This document shows, piece by piece, positions 37,447 through 50,609 of a stretch of 64,000 nt of DNA. Position numbers and translations under genes: made by a program. The notes under the pieces are model-generated. The model did not search any database, had not been told where the DNA came from, and saw only the letters and a program-made list of their open reading frames with translations. This DNA comes from Phoronis australis (lineage: Eukaryota > Animalia > Phoronida): positions 1 to 64,000 of the forward strand of contig NMRA01000240.1 of the NCBI GenBank assembly GCA_002633005.1, written 5' to 3'. Each line of letters opens with the position of its first letter. Position 1 is the first letter of the stretch.

Positions 37447-37664
37447 TGAATATGATGGCGTGGGAACCACTAGACGATTTCATAGAAGTAGATATTCAAG
37501 ATCAGACATCGGAAGGTTTCGGACTTTGGATAGGAGTTGGATTTGGTATTTTAGTGACACTTGGTTTACTATTTGTAGTCGTCAAGATTGCAACACAGCA
37601 ATGTAAAGAAGGTGCCAACGACAATAGTGATGATGACGACGATGCTGACAATGATACTTTGTGA
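37447..37664 (+). CDS. Terminal exon: juxtamembrane stalk, transmembrane helix and acidic cytoplasmic tail
   Basis: ttttgttcttgacag| phase 1; GLWIGVGFGILVTLGLLFVVV (TM), then KIATQQCKEGANDNSDDDDDADNDTL*. Confidence 0.85.
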
Positions 37665-37726
37665 CGCATGGTTGCGTGTTTTTCCCTTAATGTTCCTGTA
37701 TGAAGTGCAGGAAGGGGCATCGAAAC

Positions 37727-37732
37727 AATAAA
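37727..37732 (+). promoter_or_regulatory. Candidate polyadenylation signal AATAAA
   Basis: 63 nt after the stop codon, followed by a GT/T-rich tract; a second AATAAA at about 37827. Confidence 0.5.
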
Positions 37733-40700
37733 GTTTTAAAAATGGCATTGTTTTTTGTAATAAGCAGGACCAGGGTTATTGCTGGCAACTTATCATAGAA
37801 CGGTTGGGAAATACATTGCATTTTGAAATAAAAAGAAGACATTAGAAAAGACAAGTTGTCTATCTTTTATTTGCTGTTTGTATCTCATTTACCACGAAGA
37901 GCAAATGTTATACTGAAAGGAGAAGCAGTAAATAAAGTCTGGATTTCGTCTCTTTCAGTCGCCATTTTGCGACTTCAAAAGAGTGCGAAAGCCTTAAAAT
38001 CCTAACTCCTTAGATGTGTACGTATTTCTCAGCCGTGTCACAAAAACTGTGGTCGGTACCATTGAAACACGTGCGCTAAACGAACGGTCGGGACAAACGA
38101 AAAAGCTTCACTAATTAAAGAACATTGACGTTTCATCAAGGCTGGTGCAACTACGCTCTTTATGAGAAGAATGCTAAATTTGTGACACTGACAGCAGCAA
38201 CTTCACACCACTGAAATAAACGCTTGAAATCGGTAACCAATATATTTGTCATGACAATGTAAAAGGGAACTGCGTCTTGTGCTGAATAAATCTTGCAAAG
38301 TGTTCTGTGAGTTGTTGGTTAATTCCACAAGTAATTCAACAGCAAAAAGTAAATGTATATTTTCCAACGAGACTAAAAAAATCACCCGCTTGGAGTGCTG
38401 CTTCTCGTGACGTATTGTGCGGGGTAAGTCAGTGTCCTACTGTAGCGTGCAGTCAAGAGGCGTTCTTCAAATTGTCAGCATAAGAAACTTTAATGTGAAA
38501 TGCCGGGTCACCTTCGCTCTGCAAACTTTTAAAGGATTGGTTAGCTACAGACTATGGTTGTATCGTACCACTATGTGTTGAGCTCCGTTAGACCACGAGA
38601 TTACAGACAGCCCATTGAGTACCCAGTGCTCGTCACCTCGTGAAACTTATATCAACATGTAGCGTTAACGGACCAGCGGGGACGTGCAAAATCTGGTAGT
38701 CAAATGACAGTCACCTTGTTTGTTGCAGCCGTTTCATTGTAAATCAGTATAATAAACATCACTTTCTAGCATAATTTGCCGGTTTTTGTAACAAAGGAAA
38801 TTGTGTCGCCCGTTTTCAAAAACAGTAGGCTCGTAACACGGCGTACGCACCATTTCCTATAATTTTAAGCCATCCTTCGGGAGATGATAACAGCTTTGCA
38901 GTTGCAAGGATTGTTCTAAGATTCGGCTTGTTGGTAGTAAAATACTAAAAATGTGTAGCGAAATGAAACACGCTTGATAATTTGTTGTGACGTGTACGCA
39001 ACCTTTTGCCGGTAGCGGAGAACAGTTGATAAAAGAATCCGGAGGGGGGGGGGAGAAACTGGCCATGGTCAGGTGACGTAATCGCCTAAAGCCGACTCAA
39101 AAGAACGTAACACTATTTCAGCAGCAGCTGATTAACGACAGAACGCTAACTTTTGCAACACCGGTAAATAAGGTAGAGAGTAGTTTTTATGAAACTAAAT
39201 TTGAGTCAGATAATATCGGTGCATTTTTATCCAACTCGGCGCAAACCTGTATATTTAGTATTTAGTTTGAGCAAAGGCCAGGGCAACCGATGGTATGCGA
39301 TGACCATCCCAGTAGAAGAAACCTTTTCGAAGAGTTCGATCAACCAGAAGCCATACAAAAAGGCGAAACTATTACATCACATCGGCAAACAGTAAAAAAT
39401 AAGAACAGATGAAACAATGATAAAATACGATATAAATTCTTCACAATACGGCAAAGTCTACGTGACAATCCATTCAAGGCCCTATGGGCCACGTCACTGA
39501 TACATCAGTCAATCAGCGATCGCTGTCTTTTGACAATAAATATGACTCAGCTTTTGTTTGGCGCGCAACTTGAGTTTTATTTGTATGTTAGAACCGGTTA
39601 ACTGCTGCATTGTTTTACTACAGTCCCGTTTTCAGTATTTCTTCTTCAATTTGTACACTAGAAATCAAGAAATAAACATTAATTGCAAAAATGTGTGGCG
39701 TCATCAGTGGAAGTCCGGTATCCGGCATTTGTTGTCCTGCATCAGTCGTGATCTGGACTGATATCGAAAATAGTTGAGTATTGCCCGAGAAGAGTACCAT
39801 GGAGAGGAGTGTGTGAGGAGGATCCAGTAACAACAGTGAAACATTCAACATTTCATGGCGCGCCGACGGGACAAATTGTTCGCATTCAACATTTAATTTT
39901 TTGTTTCCAAAAGACACCAAGATTGCCCAGAGGAGGAAGGGACCATTTCAGGGGTCACGCTTTACATTCTGGAGAATCGTGCTTCGACCAGTCACAGAAA
40001 CGAAGATGTGATGAAGGTTACTTCGATCTGTGATTGCATTTGATGAACAGAAAGAATGTATTGTGTTGCGCCATTGCTGGGAAAGTGAAAAAGCCTCAGC
40101 ATCAAATTGAGACTGACATAATAAATGGAATTGCAGTAATAAAATTTGCATTGATTAGTCTATTCATGCTCAGGATTTTGCGAAAATGCATGCTATCCAC
40201 GCATACGCCATTGTCCAATAGTAGAACATGGAATATAAATGAAGCGGGCACTAGATGGAAATAAATGACGAACGGCACTGGACTAAGGATTTTGGAACAG
40301 ACAACGAGCACCATTTACCCAAAATAAAACCCAGTTTGCTTCAGAATAATTACATATGATCGTTCCTGCTCGCATTCGAAGAAAGGAAATCAGTGTGGCC
40401 ACAATTGACCTATCGCCAGGATTATGACTGACGGCTTAACTGACCAATCAGAACGCGGCATTGTTGACACTCCTTCGTCTGCTTATCCTAACGGCAATTT
40501 TACCCAACAAACAACACGTTGACGTGTAAATCTTATTTTAGTCTGTAGCTCAAGAAATTGTGCTATAAGAAAAGAGAAACGGTGTCGATATGGCATGTGT
40601 AATTGTGACAGCCAGTATGCCACTCGAGAAGAATGTAGAAGATATTTTTCAGGCATATCTTAAGCCGAAAAGTGATGTCAAAAGGTGTAACCTATGGTTC

Positions 40701-41479
40701 AAACTGTGATATTTTTCATTTTTCGACCTATAATGGGCATTGTTCTGTTTCGTAGCAGAGGTCCATTATTTGTTAATCACATACCCGCAGGCATTCGTTC
40801 AAGTACCTTCTCTCCAAATTTACTAAGAGATTCAATCGGCACAAGGAGAAAAACTGTACCCAAAGCCTTGTTCGAACTGTTGAATTACTTTTAGGTTAGA
40901 ACCTGTAGGATATACTTTGCCTGTAGAGTAAAAGAGGCGTATTTTGAAGTTGTTCAAACATGATATTTAGATTTATGAAGTTTTAGAAATTAAAAAGTTT
41001 GAGTTATTTTTTGTCAACAGTTATTTCGTGCAACTACACCAGACTTGCCATCGTTTGCAACCATTCGTTCATGTTGCGTTTAAAACTAATTGAAAGCTAC
41101 CTTTTTGCAATCAAACTAAAAAAAATGCGAAGTTCATCAGAAGGTAGGCCTAACTTGAATGTCTTAATGGTACAATTATGGCGAATTTTCCATTCATTGA
41201 TTTGACTTGTACACAGCCCTAAGCCTACTGGAGCTAACTGCTTTCCTGGGACAAAATGGGTGTATACCTGAACTATAAACCAGGGTTTTTTAATCAAAGG
41301 GTTTTCGTTATTAGATTAGTAAAACGTAAACAGTGCTGTGGACTGGACCTACTTTACTTTTGGAGTCCCACCAGTCGTGACTTATTTTTATTTTGGTGGT
41401 ATTTAGCAGACGGCAGAATAAAAATATCGGTGAATGGTCACTGATTTTGTTCGACAGATCCTGAAATCGCTGGCATCGT

Positions 41480-41695
41480 ACAGCTGAGCCCCTTACTAAT
41501 ATCATGAATTTGAGTTTAAAAACGGCCATAGTTCCTAATGAATGGAAGATGGCGCAAGTTATCGTTGTTTTTAAATACGGTGGAAAGTCCAGTTGCGAGA
41601 GTTACAAACCAATATCGGTCCTCACTGCAAAGACAATCAGTGTACTTAAACATCTAGGTAATTTGCTTAATGTCAGCACTCTTAAAGACATGTGA
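41480..41695 (+). mobile_element. CR1/L2 RT fragment
   Basis: EPLTNIMNLSLKTAIVPNEWKMAQVIVVFK...YKPISVL. Confidence 0.7.
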
Positions 41696-43559
41696 TCCGT
41701 CTTAGAATCGCCTGGAATCTGCATATAAACCATTAAACGTCCTGTCTAATACTTAATTAGAATGGGCTTTGGTGGCAATTGATGTTTGGTGTCTTTCCAT
41801 ACAGGTATGCTTTGAATTCAAGGCAAGATACACTGTCGTTCTTAACACAGTAGAACAATACTGTAGAACTGGTTTCTACATAAAGTTTGTGTTATCATGT
41901 CTTTCATCAGTTATCACACAAGTTTAATAGGTAACAAAACTGAAAACCTATAATAAAGTACATTGGCTAAGTATCACATAAAATATGCCATATGAAATGC
42001 TAAAAATTATTCCGACTTAAAATCTTCATTAAAATGGACCACTGGATTTTGAAGAACAACACCAGTTTTCAGCTATGCTGACACTAACAAGAATGATGTT
42101 GAAAACAACTTTGTACTTCGTGTTCAGGTCATGTTCAAACTGCAACTAAAACAGTGTGGTTTGTTTTTCCCAACCTCAAATAAGTGTATCTGGGGATGAG
42201 AGCATTGTATTCAGCTTGATGTGTCCATGTTCACTGGGTGGTGGTGGGTATCACCATCACCTGTTGTGGTGTACCTGTAGCAGATACTGACAAGTGTCCG
42301 CTACAATGTAAAGATCTATAAGGAGGAATCTGTCACTGTATTTTGCTCAAACCTGTGAGTATGAGATAGTTCTAAAATTAGTTCGACCCCTTCGACCCCC
42401 AAACGCATCGACACACTTGACCCACGACCCCCGCTACCCACAACCCATCTACCCCACGACCCACGACTCAAAAAACCCTCAACCCAATCTACACAAGCTC
42501 GATTCGATTTGAACATAGAACAAACGCTGTCTTGCAGGACCAATGAGTTGGGCCGTCAGCTCGACTGGCTTTCCCTGTTTTTTGCAATTTTAATTGCAAA
42601 AAAGAGATTCTATTCGGTAAATTTGAAAGCCAAAAACAGAAAAAAAGACAACGCAACCAAATCAAATCACAGACCCACCCACGTTACAAATGTAGTTTGA
42701 AAAACAAACTGTTTACTAAAAAGTATTTCAACGTTATATAGTTTATATTGTAAACGAGTACACTATTCACGCGTGTGACTGTGACAGAAAACACTGCTGG
42801 CATGACGTTTGGAATAACCTTTGATCATTTTCATTCCAAAGCTTTGGCTATCCCCCTGCAACATTCTACATCCACATGTGTTGCTTCACTTCATGCTGGT
42901 GCTTAGTGTTTTCAATGCACCCTGGGATCTGTAACATAATAGGCGCAGCGGTCTAAAATTGAATTGCGACAAACCTTTGTTATTTTTGTAGTGTGTCAAT
43001 TAAACAATCATTAGGAATTATGAAATACAAAAAAGCAAATTGCATAGGCTGAGAGTGTATTAGTTGGGAATACTGAAAGGGCTGATTTATTCACGTAAGC
43101 GGGGGATCCAGTCCTAAATAAGATAAGCTTCGGTGCTTGTATGAAACAGAGGCCACTGTTTCGTCGCTTTAGGCGCCTCTCAAAAGTGGTGGCGACAGCA
43201 GAGGGAGAGGAGCAGTACGATAATTGTGACGACGGAATTTAAGTTTCAGCGCACAGGGGTCTTTTTCATGAAGAGGAACTTGAGACAGCTATTTGGTCTT
43301 GCAGTCGACATATATGTTACTTTTATGATACTAAAAAACAAAGATTACGGTATGCCCAATACAATATCCTATTTTCTTTATTAAAGTCAGATGAGGACTA
43401 AAATGTAATGCAACGGAGTCATTAAAACTGGTACAAACCCACATTCCATCAATGATAAACTAATTTTTGATTTACGCCATTCTCCGCATCAAAGCACCTT
43501 TAGTAAGATTGAGGAGGGGTTTCTTAGCTTGGAGGGAATTACCTTAGAAAAAACGACAA

Positions 43560-44470
43560 GCGGTCAAAATGAAAGTTTTCGTGACAGAAGGCAGGTTTAT
43601 ATCCATTCCAATACAGCATAGGGTCAGCAATTTTGCTCTTGTACCGAATGAGATAATAACGTCGTTTGATGTTAATGCCCTGTTTACTAGTATTCCTCCT
43701 CAAGATGCTCTGTACATTGCTGAGAACCATCCTCTCATCCACAAGCTGGGTGTGATTCGCACTTTGAACCACAGAGCTAACACCATCATTTGTGATCCTT
43801 CGACCATTTGTGATGAACTGAATTACACTAAAGATATTCTTGCCAAACGCGGTTATACACGTTGGTCGTTCAGCAAAGTGGAAAGATCCGAGAGGAGAAA
43901 AGTAAACACCCAGACAACCACCACTGTGAGTTCTCCTACCCGTGAGGTGGTTCCCTACGTCCAGGGTCTTCTATAATCCACAAACCGTTCGATTCTCTCA
44001 GCAGCCAACTGGTTAATGTCAAGGACAAGACGCCCAAGGGTAATACATGTAAATCATGAATTGTCTATGGTGTCCAGTGTAAGGATCCACAGTGCTCAGA
44101 CAGTTACATTGGTAAGCCCATAAAAATGTGTGTGCCACAACATCGTCGTCCTAGTTACAGGGACTCTTGTGATTCGGCTATTTTTTGCCACCTGTGCGCT
44201 TCTGGACATGATTTCAATACTAATGATGTCACTATCCTAGACTTTGAGGAAGACTGGTCCGGAAGGGGTGTAAAGGAAGCTCACCATGGGCGCATTGAGA
44301 GCCCCTCTTTAAATAAAAAAGGCTGCCTACGATTCGATTTGTCACACGTATGGAATGGTGTTCTGACGTCAATGCCGCGCCATCTGGTCAAAACGCCACC
44401 AACTGGCCAGAATAATGATAACGTCACAAGCCAAGCTGAAGTACGTGAGATGCGATCACAACAACGCTAA
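43560..44470 (+). mobile_element. Penelope-like element relic (internally deleted RT plus GIY-YIG)
   Basis: SFDVNALFTSIP, HPLIHKLGVIRTLNHRA, VVPYVQGL, VYGVQCKDPQCSDSYIG, SAIFCHL...GH, RGVKEA. Confidence 0.85.
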
Positions 44471-44776
44471 TTTTTGTAAGTTTTTATTCCAGTGTTAGAC
44501 TCAAACTTGATCTAAATGAGATCAAGATATAGTTGTGACTGGAAAATTAAAGCAAAACTAATTAGATGTGCTTCGTATAGCCACATTGACCAAAACTCAC
44601 TACCCACTGTTCTCACTACGATCAACAAAAAAGTCAAGTCAATTTATTTATAGTTGGAATAAGTAAATCAAGGCTAGTATACCGACAACTAATACATCAG
44701 TTAAAATAAATAAATAAATGTGAAATAAAACTAATATTTAAAATGGTATATACCAGAGTAGCAAGATTAAGAGTGA

Positions 44777-45800
44777 AGGAGAATGCCACCAGGTTTAATA
44801 AGTCGTTTTACCATCTTTGTCGGTCTATATCAGCATCACCTCTTATGCAGTCGATCTTACAGTACCTCGCTGAGAGCTATCGCGTTGTCCTGTGAGAAAG
44901 GTGAGAAACGACACAACGACGACAGTAGTTCTTCTGCTGAGTCAGTGCAGCTATGGTGTGATGTAACGTTCCCGCTTGTGCGAAATATAAAGCAGCGCGG
45001 AAAGCGGGTATATCGTTTTTTCGATTTCTTCATCGAGAGCCAGTAATGCTTTGGATGTGGCTCGCGGCAATGAAGAAAAAAATTACGCGGTGAATACCAA
45101 GTATGAGGCCATGAAGCATCTCCTTGTCTGTGGCCGCATTTCATCGACAGTGATTTTACTTTACTAACAAATGTCAGCTTATCAAACAGCTTATGCCAAG
45201 GCAGAAAAACAGACTGAGGCTAAACTCAGTTGCTGCGCCTAGTGTACTTACGTTTGGCATGCAGGGGACAAAGCGAGGCGTATCAGTTGTTGATCAGTTT
45301 TTCGTTATGGAGAATTGTAGTTGGCAATGAAAACATAAACAAGGCATGAGAACATAACGTTTCCCATAAACTGGTTTGTCAGGCTTCTGTTTAGTCCTCT
45401 GGGCGTAGGGTATTTTTGCCAGTTCTTTTCCAAGCCCTACGAACGTCGTAAGCACTCCTCTGTTTAGACGCGTTGCAAAATCAAGATCATGAGACACATC
45501 TGCGCTTCCAAGAAGGCGTTTCACTTCAGGAATATCGTGGCAGCAAACGCAGGCGTCAGTCGTTTCCATTATCGAGCAATTAGCACAAAGCCACCATGTC
45601 AAGTCAAACGGTTTTTGGAACTATCCATATGTTCCGTTGTCTGTGCACGTTCATGGTGCAACTCTATTATTTGTTCATCAGTTTATTCCTTTTAGAACTG
45701 ATAGCCTGTGAAACGTAACGATCGACCTGTGAAGTCTTCGTGGCGATAATTCTCCAAAATCCACTCGGGCACTGGATAACGGAGATAACGACTTAGCCAT
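44777..45800 (-). mobile_element. Second Kolobok-like copy with a P2X7-ballast/nanor-like Cys-rich ORF relic
   Basis: WLCANCSIMETTDACVCCHDIPEV; FTGYQF*KE*TDEQI; terminus ggtggcattctcct homologous to 36991-37004. Confidence 0.7.
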
Positions 45801-45915
45801 GCAATAATCTATATTTATCTGACCATGAACAAGGTTGCGTGAACAATTTTAAATGATCTGATTTGTTTGTTCCCAAAGGTGGACGCCAGATCGTTCAACA
45901 GTACTTGTCAGAACT

Positions 45916-46061
45916 CATGGGCTCGCACCATAGGGAGCTGGGAGAGGGGGTTATACCCCCACATTTTTCAGTGCTACTACGTCCATGATCTATAAGCAGT
46001 GCGCCACGGGGGGCTAGGGGGCTTTAGCCCTCCCACTTTTTTTAATGCTGCACCGCCCATG
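45916..46061. mobile_element. MITE of the same family as 2084-2221
   Basis: catgggctcgca ... tgcaccgcccatg; dimeric internal structure. Confidence 0.65.
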
Positions 46062-46299
46062 AAGTTGAATATCAACAACAAAACACTGTGTTGGACTAGG
46101 ACTTCTGACGGAAGAGAAACTACTCAGAGCTTCTAAACAGCGTAGAATAAAGCAGCAAGTGAGTTTTGAAGTAGTAACGAAGACAATAATTGGGATAGGG
46201 AGCCCAAATGGAACACATAAAACTCTTTTTTATGTCAGATTTATTTAGTCACGAGTCCCCTACAGTTCAAAATTGTCCCCACAAAAAAGAGGATGCAGT

Positions 46300-47350
46300 T
46301 GTCCCGTTAAATTGAAAACCCGGAACGAACTCTGTAACGTAGTAAGACCGCTAATGGTTCTCTAAACATGTTAAGGGAAATTGATTTGGTTGATACTTAC
46401 ACCCTCAACAAGTTTGTTTCCCCCGTTCTTTTGATTTCTATTTCTCGAATAGCCATTCAGTTCTATTTGATCAAGAAAATGGCTAAGGCATTACACGATT
46501 TCGACGTAGTGTTTGCTATCCCTGTAAGTGATTCTGTCGATGATGTTAGGTCATTATCAATATGGCGATAGCGCACGCTTATCGAATTTCTTGAACAAAG
46601 ATAAATAAAACTGTAACACTGAATCAAAGTGTCAGAAACACTAAGTAGAAAAGAGTCACTAAAATCAAGAACGGAAGCTACGACAATACTGTTCTCGACG
46701 TTCTTGAGAAAATTATTATAGTCACATTGCGTTTCTGTTGTTCTCGCTTGGTAAACCTTCGGGAAACCTGTAACAACGTTAAAGGGTAAAACGGCTCCAG
46801 TGACCAGAAATTCAAGAGCGTAAACTGTGGCAATGCTATATGACATGAGAATGGACTACGTTTCAACATTTCTCGTTGACTTGATCAGTGCTATTGTAGA
46901 GCCAAAGTAGTCACATATCAGCTCTGTACACGGTCGTACGAGTGAAGAATCCACTCCTAGTAACCCAAGGAAACGATGGCGGCTGGTTGTTAGTTGTGAG
47001 TTGCAGCAACTTTTGTTTCACGTTTTAATCGGCTGGATGCCAACAGGTAAAAAGGTTGCTATCAAGAACTGCCTTGGCTATACTGTTTGTCTTTGGCTCT
47101 GACTGGCAGTCACAAAGCATTGTAGCCGAAGAAAGGAAGGATTCGATTTGCAACAATCACCTTTTCAAGATCAAAGCGCCATCTTCTCCAGAAATAGTCT
47201 TACGAAAGGAAATTCAACGAATACTCGTTATGTTGCGACTCTGGGTCGTTAGTTTGGCACATTAAAGTTCAAAATCTCTTGACAGGTTCACAATTTAGTG
47301 CAATAATATACAATCGGTCCAGTGTTACTCCTTCCCGTGTTCGTTATTAG
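46300..47350 (-). pseudogene. hAT (P52rIPK/DUF4371-like) transposase N-terminal relic
   Basis: LCSRNSISVRYRHIDND resembles the QxIxLRGH motif; degraded. Confidence 0.4.
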
Positions 47351-48578
47351 AGTATTTCACAAAGGTCCGTCCCTCACATACTGAAATTCGCTACTTTAGA
47401 CTTTACAGACTCATGGTTTTAAAGTGATTCTATATGCGATGGTTGTTTTACGATTTGATATAGCCAAATCACGCGTAATATACTATTTAGTAAGCCTTCA
47501 CAAACCGCGAAAACACTCATGACATAGACGCTGTAAGTATCACACGCTGACCATAAAAAATTGCAATTTAATGAAATGGAAAGCACGAAATATCAGAAGC
47601 GATCACCACAGAATGTCAGCGGATGCACTAAATTCAATAAGCCGGTACGTTTGGGTGAATCGGCTGGAGCACCTAGTTGGTCCGAAAACCGGAAGTCGTC
47701 ATAGAGAACGAATTAGGTGTCTTAGCTCGCTTACACGGCGGAAGCAACTTAGTAAATCAAATAACTGCAAAAATGTAAGACTGTACCGAGTTGGTTCCGT
47801 AATAGGCCTTCGTGGGCAATCAAGTAGAGCCCATTGAAATACACCTCTGTAACACAATTTCGGAAACTACATTTTGAAACCAATTTTTAGTACCCAAAAC
47901 AATGCCACGCACTATGCCAAAAGTTCCCCTCGTGGTCCATATTTTTTCGAGTTACGGCATGTTTAAGGTACTCCCTATTGTCTAAAAGTAAAAAGTAGAT
48001 ATTTTCTATTTTTGCAATAGATTTTAAGAAAAATAAAACATTAAATATGGGTTTGAATGCATTTGCGTAGAGAAATGTTGCCAACGAGGTGATTTTCATA
48101 GTACTAAACTTCGTATCAAAACATCTAACCAAGTGATATCGTGTACATGTACATTTTCACGAAACTAAACAGATTATATGCATTGTAGTTTCCGTGTTAT
48201 TGTGTGTGTGAATGGAGTTATCCCTGCCTACCGCGCATGCTGCTATGAGTTCTGTGCATGCTACTTTGTTTATGAATGACCGAGTGCGCTCAGGTCGCTT
48301 AGACCGAGACCGGGTTATACGCCATGTTCAGGCAATCCTGCGAACATTTTCATACATATACTAGTCAGATGTGTTTTTGTACCGCGCGAGTCTCAAGATA
48401 TCATTAAGTTAACATTTACTGTAATTTTTCGCCTTGCTTGTAATTTGTCTTTAATGCGTTCTGCTTTGCGAGTTATGTCAGTCTGCGTGGAATGTTATTG
48501 AATATTTTGCGTGTTCCAGATCCCCGGACGGACGGACAAACATACGTGTCACATGTAATGCATTGCGAAATAAAGGTC

Positions 48579-48726
48579 CTTCTTCTTCTTCTACTTCTTC
48601 AGCGTTCCCGGCAATGTAGCTTAGATTTTCAGTCTGGTCTTCTGGACGAAGTCTGCAGTTTGCCGCAATGATGCCGTCGGTTCCACAGTTTTACCTTGAG
48701 TTCTACCGGACTGGGCCATGTCTGTC
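48579..48726 (-). mobile_element. Short 3' end of an Ingi/I-group LINE with (GAA)n tail
   Basis: Reverse complement matches 60541-60677 closely. Confidence 0.85.
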
Positions 48727-50338
48727 AACACGGATTGTTCTAAAACCCCCTCGACTCCTACAACCCTCGACCTCCTCGACCCATGACCCCCAGGACTCAC
48801 GACCCAGGACTTACTGCCCGAACCCCTCGACCCACGATCCCCTCTACCCACGACTTGTGGCAAAAAATAGTGGAATTTTTATGCTTGTTACATATTTCAT
48901 AATCTTATTAAGTCGCTGAGTGACTGTTCTTGGGATAGAGAGGTCGACAAATATTGGCCTTGTAGATTTGTGCGTAAAAATAGCAAAAGAAAAGCCCATT
49001 CAAGTAAGACAATCGAGGACTTTGATGTTGAACTGTTTTCTGAGATAAAATCAGTATAATTCCCAGTTGAACGTTGGACAGTTTATCCTGATTCATGCTT
49101 CATTGTCGCCGATTGTATCTGTTTATTATAATCAGCCAGTGTCATTGTCGTGTACTTTGACGATGGCCCGCGATTAGTGTGCGCAGTTTTGCACAAGATA
49201 TTAACGAACAACCACGAATGTAAAGGCGGAAACGGAACTGATATTTTATTAACCAAACTGCCTTACAATTCCCAAAGATTACATGTTATGACAAAGAGTG
49301 GCAGCACCTATGGGGTTGTCGTTAAGGATATTTAATGTTAAGCAATAATTTTCATTGGCAATACCGAGTTTAGCTTTTTACAAAAAATACTCTATATACA
49401 TGTTTGTTCTGTACAAGTAAAAGCTAATACGCTATTTTTTACTGAGCACGCGCCTGTGACAATTAATCAACAAGTTTGCATACAATAAGTTTTCTTTTCC
49501 TCAATTTCGATTCAATCAAAACCGATTTAGAATGTGACCTATGGATTTCATTGAATTAAAAATAAGCCTTACATGCAAGCCAATGACAGCAGAGAAGACG
49601 TCTGATGATAAATTCTCAGCAGCTTTCTCAAGATCAATGATTTTGCGGTTAATCTTCGTACCTGTACTGAATAATAACTTGTATGGGAAGATTCAGAGCG
49701 ATTGTTCCCACATCGAACTTCGAATAATGTCGCTTACATGTGAATGACATGCGTGAAAAGCATGGGGAAACATTCTGCTGTCAGTTTCTTCGTGGTCAGA
49801 GGCCATATCGTCAACATTACTGCGTGAGGCAACACCATTCTGGAATCCAAACAAATAGCCCTTTTGTCCAGGAGTAAAGTAAATGTGGAGTTATCGTCCA
49901 GCATTTGAAATCTCAGCCTGTTGCCACATTTTAGAGAAAAATCTAGTAAGCTTTTCTTGTCAGCATTTGAAGATAAAAACTTCTCCCATTGCGAGAGCGA
50001 CTTTTGCTGAGGGCAGTAGATTTTAATTTCATGGACATCACTGTTTGACATGTGCAACTTTCTTTCTGTGTTCATGCTGATGGGAAAAATCGATCGAAAA
50101 CAAAATAGACGGCATTGGCTTTGTAGGCATTAGTAAATCCCACAATCTGTCCAAGAACCATATCAGCTTATTCAACAAATGTGCCAGGAACATTCTGCAT
50201 AGACTATGACACTGCCATGCCATCCAAGATTAGAACAGCATCAGCTGGTGCTGATTCAACAAGACATGGGTTCGCTTGGATTCTATGACGTGAAGTAATA
50301 TGGCTTTGTTGGTCTTTGTTAATGATCCATTAACAGTG

Positions 50339-50547
50339 TGTTGAAATTTGTGACCGAGAAATCCACTTTCTTTGACGAAAGTTTATTGAGCAAAACAAAA
50401 ACAAAACATCATAACAAAGATGGCTGGCAGACGCTTGAAACGCTAGTGAAAAGCCTTGTGGGTACATCTTAAAAATAGCACAACCATGGGAGATAACTTC
50501 TTAGCTTAAACACAAAGCTATGCAACTATGATGCAAATATTTCAACA
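50339..50547 (-). repeat. Copia 3' LTR (209 bp)
   Basis: tgttgaaat...atttcaaca 9-bp terminal inverted repeat; adjacent to the PPT. Confidence 0.95.
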
Positions 50548-50609
50548 CTCCCACTTAGCTGCAGTGTTAAATTTAACCTATACAACTCATACAAACAGTT
50601 AACTTGCAT

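Noticed and set aside
39550-40320. Possible DNA-transposase relic
   Set aside because: Only vague Cys/His-containing fragments; no diagnostic motif recognised
45294-45602. Host P2X7 receptor gene
   Set aside because: No channel domain; stops upstream; embedded in a Kolobok-like repeat
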